Below are positions 29,565-38,940 of a stretch of 64,000 nucleotides of DNA, piece by piece. A program made the translations under genes and the position numbers. Each line of letters starts with the position of its first letter. The stretch's first letter is position 1. This stretch comes from an uncultured Caulobacteraceae bacterium (GTDB lineage Bacteria > Pseudomonadota > Alphaproteobacteria > Caulobacterales > Caulobacteraceae): contig CAXTHH010000002.1 in the NCBI GenBank assembly GCA_964244065.1, positions 327,199 to 391,198 of the forward strand, written 5' to 3'. A model generated the notes under the pieces. It did no database searches and was not told the origin of the DNA. It worked only from the letters and a program-made list of their open reading frames with translations.

Positions 29565-30158
29565 TTGCGCGGCAAGACGTCCGAAGACCGCCAGCTCCTG
29601 GAGCTCCTGGACCCCGTGGCCGAGGCGGCGGGCTACGCCATCGTGCGCCTGCGCCTGATGGGGGGCGGGGCCAAGGGCCGCACGCTGCAGATCATGGCCG
29701 AGCGCCCCGAGGACGGGGACATGGGCATCGACGACTGCACCAGGCTCTCCCGCGCCGTGTCCGAGGTGATGGACGCCGCCGACCCGGTCTCGGGCGAGTA
29801 CCGGCTGGAGGTCTCCTCCCCCGGCATCGACCGGCCGCTGACCCGGATCGAGGACTTCGACACGTACGAGGGCTACGAGGCCAAGATCGAACTCGACCGC
29901 CTGGCCGAGGGGCGCAAGCGCTTCAAGGGCGTGGTGGCGGGCGTCGACGGCGACAACGTCGGCGTCGACCTCGAGGGCGAGGCGGAGACCGCCATGATCC
30001 CCTTCGCCTGGATCGTCGAGGCCAAGCTCTCGCTCACCGACGCGCTGATGAAGAAGGGCGCCGAGGCCCGCGAAGCCCGCCTCGCCGCCCGATCCGAAGA
30101 CGACGAGAACGAGCCTGACGCGTCCGAGGACGCGTCCAACGAAGAAGGACACGCCTGA
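29565..30158 (+). CDS. rimP: ribosome maturation factor RimP
   Basis: ORF 29565..30158 with a TTG start. It contains [21 protein letters not shown] and [14 protein letters not shown]. Its stop abuts the nusA start. Confidence 0.88.
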   Translation: MRGKTSEDRQLLELLDPVAEAAGYAIVRLRLMGGGAKGRTLQIMAERPEDGDMGIDDCTRLSRAVSEVMDAADPVSGEYRLEVSSPGIDRPLTRIEDFDTYEGYEAKIELDRLAEGRKRFKGVVAGVDGDNVGVDLEGEAETAMIPFAWIVEAKLSLTDALMKKGAEAREARLAARSEDDENEPDASEDASNEEGHA

Positions 30159-31927
30159 TGGCCGTCGGAATCTCCGCCAACCGGCAGGAACTGCTGCTGA
30201 TCGCCGATGCGGTCGCCCGCGAAAAGTCGATCGAGCGCGAGATCGTGATCGAGGCCATCGAGGAGGCGATCCAGAAGGGCGCGAAGGCCAAGTACGGCGC
30301 CGAGCACGACATCCGCGCCAAGATCGACCCCAAGACCGGTGAGCTGGAGCTGAAGCGCTTCCTCACCGTGGTCGAGGACGAGCCGGACGCCCTGGTCGAG
30401 CCCGACGGCGAGATCATCGAGGAGCAGCAGTTCGACGCCGAGGGCAACCCGATCGAGAAGCCGGTGGGCCGGATCGGCGTCTCCGCCGCCAAGCGCCTCT
30501 ACAAGGACGCCGAGGTGGGCCGCGTCTACGAGGAGACCCTGCCGGCCTTCGACTTCGGCCGCGTGCAGACGCAGATGGCCCGCCAGGTGGTCATGGGAAA
30601 GGTCCGCGACGCCGAGCGTGAGCGCCAGTACGAGGAGTACAAGGACCGCGTGGGCGAGATCGTCTCCGGCTCCGTCAAGCGCGTGGAGTACGGCAACACC
30701 ATCGTCGACCTGGGCCGCGGCGAGGGCATCATGCGCCGCGACCAGTCGATCCCGCGCGAAGCCTTCAACGTGGGCGACCGCATCCGCTGCTACATCTACG
30801 ACGTGCGGCGCGAGACCAAGGGCCCGCAGATCATGCTCTCCCGCGCGCACGGCGGCTTCATGGCCAAGCTGTTCGCCCAGGAGGTGCCCGAGGTCTACGA
30901 CGGCGTGATCGAGATCCGCGCCGTGGCCCGCGACCCTGGCAGCCGCGCCAAGATGGCCGTGCTCTCCAACGAGAGCTCCATCGACCCCGTGGGCGCCTGC
31001 GTCGGCATGCGCGGGTCGCGCGTGCAGGCCGTGGTGGGCGAGCTGCAGGGCGAGAAGATCGACATCATCCAGTGGTCGGGCGACGAGGCGACCTTCCTGG
31101 TGAACGCGCTGGCCCCCGCCGAGGTCTCCAAGGTCGTCATGGACGAGGAGGAGGACCGCGTCGAAGTGGTGGTGCCCGACGAGCAGCTGTCTCTGGCCAT
31201 CGGCCGTCGCGGCCAGAACGTGCGCCTCGCCTCGCAGCTGTGCGGCTGGCAGATCGACATCATCACCGAGAGCCAGGACTCCGAGCGCCGCCAGCGCGAG
31301 TTCGCCGAGCGCACCCAGCTGTTCATGGACGCCCTGGACGTGGACGAGACCATCGCCCAGCTCCTGGTCACCGAGGGCTTCGCCACGGTGGAGGACATCG
31401 CCTACGTGGACGAGCTGGAGCTCGCCGACGTCGAGGGCTTCGACGAGGACACCGCCGCCGAGCTCCAGGCCCGCGCCCGCGAGCACCTGGACCGCGAGGC
31501 CGCGGTGCAGGACGAGAAGCGCCGCGAGCTGGGCGTGGAGGACGGCGTGCTCGCGGTCCGGGGCGTCACCCTGCCCATGGCCGTCGCGCTCGGGACCGCC
31601 GGCGTGAAGACCGTCGAGGACCTCGCCGACCTGACCACCGACGAGCTTCGCGGCGGCTGGGAGCAGCGCGGCCTGGAGCGGGTGAAGGTCGCCGGCGCGC
31701 TCGAAAGCTTCAACCTCGAGCAGGAGGCCGCCGAGCGCCTGATCCTGCGCGCCCGCGTCGCCGCCGGCTGGATCGACGCCGCCGACGCGCCGGAGGACGA
31801 GGAGGAGGCGCCCGCCTACGACGACACCGCCGAGACGCACCGCGAACCCGCCGGCGAGCTGTCGCCGGAGGGCAGGGCGTCGGCTGAAGAGCCGGCGATC
31901 GAAGGCGCGGGGCCGCAACAGGCATGA
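30158..31927 (+). CDS. nusA: transcription termination/antitermination factor NusA (with C-terminal acidic repeat region)
   Basis: ORF 30158..31927. It starts [19 protein letters not shown] and has S1 and KH domains ([19 protein letters not shown]; [15 protein letters not shown]). Confidence 0.95.
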   Translation: MAVGISANRQELLLIADAVAREKSIEREIVIEAIEEAIQKGAKAKYGAEHDIRAKIDPKTGELELKRFLTVVEDEPDALVEPDGEIIEEQQFDAEGNPIEKPVGRIGVSAAKRLYKDAEVGRVYEETLPAFDFGRVQTQMARQVVMGKVRDAERERQYEEYKDRVGEIVSGSVKRVEYGNTIVDLGRGEGIMRRDQSIPREAFNVGDRIRCYIYDVRRETKGPQIMLSRAHGGFMAKLFAQEVPEVYDGVIEIRAVARDPGSRAKMAVLSNESSIDPVGACVGMRGSRVQAVVGELQGEKIDIIQWSGDEATFLVNALAPAEVSKVVMDEEEDRVEVVVPDEQLSLAIGRRGQNVRLASQLCGWQIDIITESQDSERRQREFAERTQLFMDALDVDETIAQLLVTEGFATVEDIAYVDELELADVEGFDEDTAAELQARAREHLDREAAVQDEKRRELGVEDGVLAVRGVTLPMAVALGTAGVKTVEDLADLTTDELRGGWEQRGLERVKVAGALESFNLEQEAAERLILRARVAAGWIDAADAPEDEEEAPAYDDTAETHREPAGELSPEGRASAEEPAIEGAGPQQA

Positions 31928-32076
31928 CGGCCTCTCCCTCCCCCTTGTGGGGAGGGGGGACCGCGCGAAGCGTGGTGGGTGGGGGTCCCCACGCTCCACG
32001 CCGGACCGACTGCCCGCGGCCCCCCACCCACCAGCCTGCGGCTGGTCCCCCCTCCCCACGAGGGGGAGGGAGAGGC
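31928..32076. repeat. 149-bp nested palindrome filling the nusA-ylxR spacer
   Basis: The arms GGCCTCTCCCTCCCCCTTGTGGGGAGGGGGGACC (31928-31961) and GGTCCCCCCTCCCCACGAGGGGGAGGGAGAGGCC (32043-32076) are reverse complements. Each arm is itself a hairpin. An inner GGTGGGTGGGGG/CCCCCACCCACC pair is also present. Confidence 0.8.
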
Positions 32077-32081
32077 CGCAC

Positions 32082-32720
32082 GTGACCGACGCCCCGGAGC
32101 CCAAGACCCACGCGCAGGCGTCGCGGCAGCGCCGCGACGTGGCCACGGGCGTCGCCATGCCCGAGGCGCAACTGGTGCGGCTGGTGCTCGGGCCGGACGG
32201 CGCGCTCGTGCCCGACCTCGCGCGCAAGCTGCCCGGGCGCGGCGTCTGGGTCGCCGCCACGCGCACGGCCGTCGATCAGGCGGTCAAGCGCGACGCTTTC
32301 ACCCGGTCGCTGAAGACCAAGGCCGCGGCGCCCCCCGCGCTGGCCGACACGCTCCAGGCGCTCCTGGAGCAGCGCCTCCTCGCCGGCCTCGGCCTTGCGA
32401 AGAAGGCGGGCGAGCTTATCTCGGGGTTCGACAAGGTCGCGGCGCTGGCCGCCTCCGGACGGGCCGCCTGGCTCGTGGAGGCGGCGGACGGAGCGGCCGA
32501 CGGGCGGCGCAAGATCATCGCCGCCGCCCGCCAGTCGTCCGGACCCGTCAACCTCTTCGGCGTCTTCGATTCCGCCTCGCTCGGGGTGGCCTTGGGCCTG
32601 GAGAATGCGATACACTGCGCGGTGATCGCGGGGCGTGGAGCCGCCCGCTGGACAGAGGATGTCCGGCGCCTCGAAGGCTTCCGCCCGCTTGTCCCGACCA
32701 GTTGGGGCGAGGAGCCATGA
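32082..32720 (+). CDS. YlxR (DUF448) RNA-binding protein fused to an L7Ae-like domain
   Basis: GTG at 32082 in the frame of ORF 31947..32720. It contains RQRRDVATGVAMPEAQLVRLVLGPDG...LPGRGVWV, then GLAKKAGELISG. Its position between nusA and infB is canonical. Confidence 0.8.
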   Translation: MTDAPEPKTHAQASRQRRDVATGVAMPEAQLVRLVLGPDGALVPDLARKLPGRGVWVAATRTAVDQAVKRDAFTRSLKTKAAAPPALADTLQALLEQRLLAGLGLAKKAGELISGFDKVAALAASGRAAWLVEAADGAADGRRKIIAAARQSSGPVNLFGVFDSASLGVALGLENAIHCAVIAGRGAARWTEDVRRLEGFRPLVPTSWGEEP

Positions 32721-32809
32721 TTGGGGGGCGGGGCGCGCAGGCGCCGTCGCCCCCTGAACTTTTGACGCAAGCCTTCGGGATCGCCCGTCGGCGTGAACCC
32801 TAGGGCCGG

Positions 32810-35800
32810 ATGAGCGACGACAACAACGAAGGCCGCGGCGGGCCCCCCGGATCGTCCGGGACCGGCCCCCGTGCGCCTCTGTCCCTGAAACCGCGTGAGG
32901 GCGGTTCGGTGCCGGCCGGCATCGTGCGCCAGCAGTTCAGCCACGGCCGCTCCAAGGCCGTGGTGGTGGAGACCAAGCGCAGCCGCGCGCCGGGCGAGGC
33001 GCCGCGTCCGCGGCCGCCCACTTCCGAACTGCCGCCGCCGCGGGAGCGTCCGCCGGCCGCCGCCTCGTCCCCGCCCCGACCCGCGGGCTCGGCTGCGCCC
33101 CCGTCCCGCGACGGCGGGTTGAGCCAGGGCGAGATGGAGCGTCGCAACCGCGTCATCGCCGACGCCCGCGCGGCCGACGAGCAGCGCCAGGCTGAGTCGC
33201 GCCAGCGCGCGGACGACGACCGCCGCCGCCGCGAGGCCGCCGAGCGCGAGGCTGCCGCGGCCCGGGCGGCGGCCGCTCCGCCCCCGCCGCCCCCCGCCAC
33301 GGCGCCCGCCGCCGCCGCTCCCCCGGTGCAGCCGCGCCCCGCCGCGCCGTCCGCCCCGCCGGCCACGCCAGCTCCCGTCGCCTCGGCCCCCGTGCGGCCG
33401 GCTGCGCCGCCGCCCCGTCCGCCGGAACCCGCCGGAGCGTACGGCGCGCGCAGCGTCAGGCGCGAGGATGCGCCCGTGCGTCCGTCGGCGCCGTCCGTGC
33501 GCCGCGACGATCCCACCGCCGCCCGGCGCGAGCCCTCGCGCCTGCCCGAGGGACGGGTCTACCAGGAGCCGCGTCGCGAGGGCGGCGCGCCGCCGCGGCC
33601 CCAGGGCGATCGTCCTCAGTTCTCCTCTCCGCGTCCCGGCGGTCCGGGCGGCTACGGCGACCGGGGTCCGCGCCCCGGCGGCCCGGGCGGCGGCTATGGC
33701 GACCGCGGCCCGCGCCCCGGCGGTCCTGGCGGCCCCGGCGGCCCCGGCGGCGGCTACGCCGACCGCGGCCCGCGCCCCGTGCGCGAGGGCGAGACGGTGC
33801 GCTACTCCGCCGCCGCGCCCCGCACCGGCCCCCGCCCCGGCGGCGGCATGGGCGCGCCGCGTCCGGGCGGCTTCGGCCCGCGCCCGGCCGCCGCCCCCTC
33901 CGCGCCCGAGTTCACCAAGACGGCCCGCTCCGCGCCTCCGGGCGCCGGCGCGCGCCGGCCCGGCGGCGGCTTCGGCGCCCCCGGCCGCGACGACGACCGC
34001 AAGCGCAGCGGCGAGGCGCCCGGCAAGGGCGCCGTGTCCCGCGCCAAGGGCGCGCCGCAGCGGCGCGAGGGCCGTCTCACCATCCAGTCCGCGGGCGGCG
34101 AGTCCGGCGACCGGATGCGCTCCCTGGCCTCCGTCCGCCGCGCCCGCGAGCGTGAGCGCGAGAAGCGCAAGGGCGGCGGCGTGGGCGACCAGGGCCGCGT
34201 CGCCCGCGAGGTGGTCATCCCCGACGCCATCACCGTGCAGGAGCTTGGCCAGCGCATGGCCGTGCGCGGCGTGGACATCATCAAGTACATGATGCGCCAG
34301 GGCGCGATGATGACGATCAACGACGTGCTCGACGCCGACACCGCCGAGCTGATCGCCACCGAGTTCGGCCACACCGTCAAGCGTGTGTCCGAGAGCGACG
34401 TGGAGACCGGCTTCATCGCCGAGGCCGACGTGGAGACCGACACCCTGCCCCGCGCCCCCGTGGTGGCGGTGATGGGCCACGTCGACCACGGCAAGACCTC
34501 TCTGCTCGACGCCCTGCGCACCACGGACGTGGCGTCGGGCGAGCACGGGGGGATCACCCAGCACATCGGCGCCTATCAGGTGCGGACGGCCGACGGGAAC
34601 GTGGTGACCTTCCTCGACACCCCCGGCCACGCCGCCTTCAGCGCCATGCGCGCCCGCGGCGCCAACGTGGGCGACATCGTCGTTCTGGTGGTGGCCGCCG
34701 ACGACGGCGTGATGCCTCAGACCATCGAGGCCATCCACCACGCCAAGGCCGCCGGCGCGCCGATCATCGTGGCCGCCAACAAGATCGACAAGCCGGACGC
34801 CGACCCCACCCGCGTGATCAACGAGCTGCTCCAGCACGAGATCGTGGTGGAGAGCCTGGGCGGCGACACGCAGATCGTGGAGGTCTCGGCCACGCAGAAG
34901 CTCGGGCTCGACGACCTCGTCGAGGCCATCGCCCTGCAGGCCGAGGTGCTGGACCTGCGCGCCAACCCCGCCCGCTCGGCCGAGGGCTCGATCATCGAGG
35001 CCAAGCTCGACAAGGGCCGCGGCCCCGTGGCCACCGTGCTGGTGGACCGCGGCACGCTGAAGCGCGGCGACATCGTCGTGGCCGGCTCCGCCTGGGGCAA
35101 GGTCCGCGCCCTGGTGAACGAGCGCAACGAGCAGCTGAAGGAGGCGGGTCCGTCCACCCCGGTGGAGGTGCTCGGCCTCGACCAGCCGCCCTCGCCCGGC
35201 GACACCTTCGCCGTGGTGGAGAGCGAGGCCCGCGCCCGGGAGCTGACGGAGTACCGCGAGCGGGTGCGCCGCGAGAAGCAGATCAGCCCCATCGGCGCCG
35301 GCGGCTCGCTGGCCGACATGATGGCCAAGCTCAGCCAGAAGAAGGTGAGCGAGCTGCCGCTGATCGTGAAGGCGGACGTGCAGGGCTCGGCCGAGGCGAT
35401 CGTCTCGTCGCTCGAGAAGCTGGGCAACGAGGAGGTGCGCGCGCGCATCATCCACTCGGGCGCCGGCGGCATCACCGAGAGCGACGTGCTGCTGGCCAAG
35501 GGCGCGGGCTGCCCGATCCTGGGCTTCAACGTCCGCGCCTCGGCGCAGGCGCGGACCCTGGCCGAGCGCGAGGGCGTGGAGATCCGCTACTACGCGATCA
35601 TCTACGACCTGCTGGACGACATGAAGGGCGTGCTCTCGGGCCTGCTCTCGCCCATCCAGCGCGAGACCTGGATCGGCAACGCGACGCTGCTGCAGGTGTT
35701 CGACATCACCAAGGTGGGCAAGATCGCCGGCTGCCGCATCACCGACGGCGTGGTCCGCCGCGCGCCCGCACCCGCGTGATCCGCAACGACATCGTGATCC

Positions 35801-35961
35801 AGGAGAACGGCGTCCTGCAGACGCTGCGCCGCTTCAAGGACGACGTGGCCGAGGTCGGCAACGGCCTGGAGTGCGGCATCGGCTTCGCCAACCTCCAGGA
35901 CCTGAAGGAAGGCGACATGATCGAGTGCTACACCGTCGAAGAGGTGAAGCGCTCGCTCTGA
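32810..35961 (+). CDS. infB: translation initiation factor IF-2, split into two ORFs (32810..35779 and 35776..35961) by an apparent 1-nt deletion near 35760
   Basis: It has a GTPase domain ([26 protein letters not shown]). The first ORF ends ...[15 protein letters not shown]. The conserved IF-2 C-terminus, (V)[36 protein letters not shown]...[13 protein letters not shown], continues in another frame. Confidence 0.9.
33635..33775 (+). repeat. three imperfect tandem repeats inside the infB N-terminal region (encode PGGPGG(G)YGDRGPR)
   Basis: The units begin at about 33635, 33674 and 33716. The third unit is expanded by extra GGCCCCGGC copies. Confidence 0.75.
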
Positions 35962-35967
35962 CCCGGT

Positions 35968-35999
35968 GCCCCTCTCCCGCTCGCGGGAGAGGGAGGGGC
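35968..35999 (+). terminator. GC-rich hairpin just after infB (possible terminator, no T-tract)
   Basis: GCCCCTCTCCCGC-TC-GCGGGAGAGGGAGGGGC is an imperfect palindrome starting 7 nt after the stop codon. There is no U-run, so function is uncertain. Confidence 0.3.
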
Positions 36000-36045
36000 C
36001 CGCGCCGTCAGGCGTGGGAGGGTGAGGGCCATGGTCGGGCGTTCA

Positions 36046-36205
36046 GGCGCCGACGTCGACGCTGCCGCTGGGCTCGGCCGCGCCAAGGGACGCTCCGCTC
36101 TCCGCCGTTGACCCGCCCTCCACGCTACGGCTGACCCGAGGCGTCGGGACGTGGGGCGTTCTTCCAAAGTTGAACGCCTGCGCCGCGTCGAACACAGGGC
36201 GGGAA
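36046..36205 (+). repeat. partial copy (one arm plus core) of the element at 45497-45800
   Basis: By hand alignment, GCTCGGCCGCGCCAAGGGACGCTCCGCTCTCCGCCGTTGAC matches the arm at 45746-45800. GGCTGACCCGAGGCGTCGGGACGTGGGGCGT...CGCGTCGAACACAGGGC matches 45570-45643 at about 80% identity. Confidence 0.65.
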
Positions 36206-36307
36206 GTTGGTCGGCGTGCGGGACGGCTGCTTGCGACGCAGATAAGACCCAGAGGCGCGGGATCGGCGGCTCAAGATGGCGTCGCGCCTGGGGGATTGAG
36301 CAGGGCC

Positions 36308-36982
36308 ATGGACATCCACAAGCCAAAGGCCGCGCACAGCTGGCGCGAGTTCCTGATCGAGATCGGCACCATCGTGTGCGGCATCCTGATCGCGCTCGGG
36401 CTGGAGCAGGTGGTCGAGCGCGTCCGCTCCGAGCATCAGGTCAAGGAAGCGCACGAGGCCATCCACCAGGAACTCGAACTCAACTTGGCGCGACTTCGCA
36501 TCACGAACGCGGGCGATAAGTGCCGGGCGGTTCGGCTGGGCCTTTTCGAGCAGTGGTCGGCGGGGAAGGCGACCTTCGACAGCAAAATGCTGTTCAGTAC
36601 AAGGAATCGGCCCGTCTTCTCCGTGCTCCGGGCGTCCGCCTGGGATATCGCCAAGACGGGTGCGGTCGCCGCGCACATGCCGCTCGATGACCGGCTCAAG
36701 TTCGGCAACGTCTACGACCTGATCGCCAGCGCGAACGACACCTTGAACGAAGAGAATCGTTTATGGATACGGTTTGCACGCTTCTCAGGCAAAGGAGCGC
36801 TGGATGGAGACGACGCTAAGGTGCTGCGCGAAGATGTCGGGGTCGCCCGGGCGTATGCCGAGGCTCGAAAAGCCAGACTGGACTTGCTCGACCAGAGGAT
36901 CAGTGAGCTGGGGGTAAAGCCTGGTCGCCTCGCCAACGCGGCGACCCTTGATCTCGGTGCGCTCTGCGCCTCACCGGGGTGA
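36308..36982 (+). CDS. hypothetical N-terminally membrane-anchored protein
   Basis: Inner ATG of ORF 36170..36982, starting MDIHKPKAAHSWREFLIEIGTIVCGILIALGLEQVV (one membrane-spanning helix). The rest is helical and charged. GC is visibly lower: my hand count gives 74/120 for 36541-36660. Confidence 0.6.
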   Translation: MDIHKPKAAHSWREFLIEIGTIVCGILIALGLEQVVERVRSEHQVKEAHEAIHQELELNLARLRITNAGDKCRAVRLGLFEQWSAGKATFDSKMLFSTRNRPVFSVLRASAWDIAKTGAVAAHMPLDDRLKFGNVYDLIASANDTLNEENRLWIRFARFSGKGALDGDDAKVLREDVGVARAYAEARKARLDLLDQRISELGVKPGRLANAATLDLGALCASPG

Positions 36983-37001
36983 GGCGTTCCGCCTTCTCCA
37001 C

Positions 37002-38459
37002 TCACCGGAACGGCGGCTCGTCGAAGGCGCGCAGCTTGCGGCTGTGAAGGCGCGAGCCCTCCGCGCGCAGCAGGTCGACGGCGGCCAGCCCGATCTTCAG
37101 GTGCTGGTTGATGGCCTGCTCGTAGAAGCGGTTGGCCTGGCCGGGCAGCTTGATCTCGCCGTGCAGCGGCTTGTCGCTGACGCACAGCAGCGTGCCGTAG
37201 GGCACGCGCAGGCGATAGCCCTGGGCGGCGATGGTGGCGCTCTCCATGTCGATGGCCACAGCGCGCGACTGGTTGAACCGCAGGGCGGACGAGGTGTAGC
37301 GCAGCTCCCAGTTGCGGTCGTCGGTGGTCACCACCGTGCCGGTCCGCAGGCGGCGCTTCAACGCGTCGCCGCTGTCGCCCGAGACCAGCTTGGCGGCGTC
37401 GTAGAGGGCGCGCTGCACCTCGGCGATGGCGGGCACGGGGATCTCCACCGGCAGCACGTCGTCGAGCACGTGGTCGTCGCGGAGGTAGGCGTGGGCCAGC
37501 ACGTAGTCGCCGATGGTCTGGCTGGGCCGCAGGCCGCCGCAGTGGCCGATCATCAGCCAGGCATGCGGGCGCAGCACGGCCAGGTGGTCGCAGATGGTCT
37601 TGGCGTTCGAGGGGCCGACGCCGATGTTCACCAGGGTCACGCCCGGAAAGCCGTCGCGGCCGACCAGGTGGTAGGCGGGCATCTGGTGCTTGCGCCAGCC
37701 GCCCGCGGCGACCGCGGCCGGCCCGTCCGGCGTCTCGGCCGTGACCTCCACGCCTCCTGCGGCGGAGAGCTTGCCGTAGCGGCTGCCCGGCCGGCGCAGC
37801 TCCTCGGCGCCCCAGCGGACGAACTCGTCGACGTAGCGGTTGTAGTTGGTGAACAGGATGTAGGGCTGCACGTCCTCGGCCGGGGCGCCCGTGTAGTGCT
37901 TGAGCCGCGCCAGGCTGAAGTCCACCCGCAGGCCGTCGAACAGGCCCAGCGGCCGCGCCGCCTCCAGCTGCGGGGCCCACACGCCGTCAGCCACCTCGTC
38001 GCCGATCAGCGCCAGCTGGGTCGAGGGAAACCAGCGGGCGAGCTCGGTGGTCTGCGCCCCGTCCAGCTGCAGGTCGTCCGCCCCGTCCAGCACGTAGGGG
38101 TAGGGGATCTCCTGCTGGGACACGCCCGCGGAGACGGACACGCCATAGTCGGCCACCAGCAGCTCCAGCTGCTCCAGCAGGTAGGCGCGGAACAGCTCGG
38201 GCCGGGTGACGGTCACGGCGTAGTCGCCGGCCTGCGACAGCCGCGCGTAGGCCCGCGAGAGCCTAGGCCCCGGCCCCTCGGGCGCGTAGGTGATGCGAAG
38301 CTCGGGATAGGCGAAGGCCCCGTCCAGCCGCGCCCGCTCGGCGGGTCGCGCGCCGCGGCGGAGATAGGCCGCCAGCGCCGAGCGCAGGCTGGCGGCGGAG
38401 CGGGCGTAGATCGCCGCCAGCTCGTCCACCAGGGCGGGAAGGTCGGTTCCGGTCGTCAT
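37002..38459 (-). CDS. amn: AMP nucleosidase
   Basis: ORF 37002..38459(-). It contains VTLVNIGVGPSNAKTICDHLAVLRPHAWLMIGHCGGLR and AIDMESATIAAQGY (PNP/UDP-phosphorylase fold), plus the Amn-specific N-terminal domain. Confidence 0.9.
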   Translation of the reverse strand: MTTGTDLPALVDELAAIYARSAASLRSALAAYLRRGARPAERARLDGAFAYPELRITYAPEGPGPRLSRAYARLSQAGDYAVTVTRPELFRAYLLEQLELLVADYGVSVSAGVSQQEIPYPYVLDGADDLQLDGAQTTELARWFPSTQLALIGDEVADGVWAPQLEAARPLGLFDGLRVDFSLARLKHYTGAPAEDVQPYILFTNYNRYVDEFVRWGAEELRRPGSRYGKLSAAGGVEVTAETPDGPAAVAAGGWRKHQMPAYHLVGRDGFPGVTLVNIGVGPSNAKTICDHLAVLRPHAWLMIGHCGGLRPSQTIGDYVLAHAYLRDDHVLDDVLPVEIPVPAIAEVQRALYDAAKLVSGDSGDALKRRLRTGTVVTTDDRNWELRYTSSALRFNQSRAVAIDMESATIAAQGYRLRVPYGTLLCVSDKPLHGEIKLPGQANRFYEQAINQHLKIGLAAVDLLRAEGSRLHSRKLRAFDEPPFR

Positions 38460-38511
38460 GCGGAACCCTAGCGGCCCCGCGCGACGGTGGCGAGACGGCC
38501 CGGGTCGCGCC

Positions 38512-38724
38512 TCAGGCCTTCTTCAGGGCGGAGGGCTTGTGGATGGCCTCCTTGCCCGACTTGTCGCTCTTCACCTTGTACTCGGGCTCCGCCTTGCTGG
38601 CCTTGGCGGTGTGGCCCTTCACGCTCTCCGTGCCGGTGACCTTCTTGACCACCTTGCCCGTGGAATGGCCCCCCGAGCTGTCCCACGCCACCTTGTCGCC
38701 CGCCTTGAACGTCTTCTCGGCCAT
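38512..38724 (-). CDS. DUF2945 (HVA-Tudor-like) small protein
   Basis: ORF 38512..38724(-). It reads MAEKTFKAGDKVAWDSSGGHSTGKVVKKVT...EPEYKVKSDKSGKEAIHKPSALKKA, which matches my memory of this family. Confidence 0.7.
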   Translation of the reverse strand: MAEKTFKAGDKVAWDSSGGHSTGKVVKKVTGTESVKGHTAKASKAEPEYKVKSDKSGKEAIHKPSALKKA

Positions 38725-38892
38725 GGTTCCGGACTCCTGAAAGCCCGCAAATCCGTCACGAGGGCAGGGGTTCCCGAGCGGCGTCCCACGATGCGGCCCG
38801 CTCTGGCTCGGTAGTAGGCCACACGGGACGGAAACGCTCCGCCATGTCCCTTGCGGCCTCCATAAGCGTCTCCGCCACCTCCTGAAAGCTCG

Positions 38893-38925
38893 CCTCCTCA
38901 GCCGGAAGCTTCAAGCCCGAGGAGG
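38893..38925 (-). terminator. hairpin 16 nt downstream of nrdB, containing the TCAAGCCCGAGG REP core
   Basis: CCTCCTC-N19-GAGGAGG. It shares the TCAAGCCCGAGG core with the hairpin at 16105-16125. There is no T-tract. Confidence 0.3.
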
Positions 38926-38940
38926 TGAGGTGCGGAAGGG

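Noticed and set aside
32276-35455. A 1059-aa minus-strand ORF, plus similar long antisense ORFs at 29873-32266, 60795-63503, 10241-12178, 10374-12134, 22967-24934, 43336-45525 and 53892-55658.
   Set aside because: All are antisense or out of frame relative to genes with clear family signatures (infB, nusA, the ABC exporter, aroA, the ligase, TolC). All have low-complexity Arg/Gly/Ala/Pro/His composition. They are GC-bias artefacts.
38756-38914. A small minus-strand ORF of 35-53 codons (MEAARDMAERFRPVWPTTEPERAASWDAAREPLPS) between nrdB and the DUF2945 gene.
   Set aside because: It has no convincing Shine-Dalgarno sequence. The longer TTG-start version overlaps the nrdB-proximal hairpin. I recognise no family, and it is too short to judge by composition.
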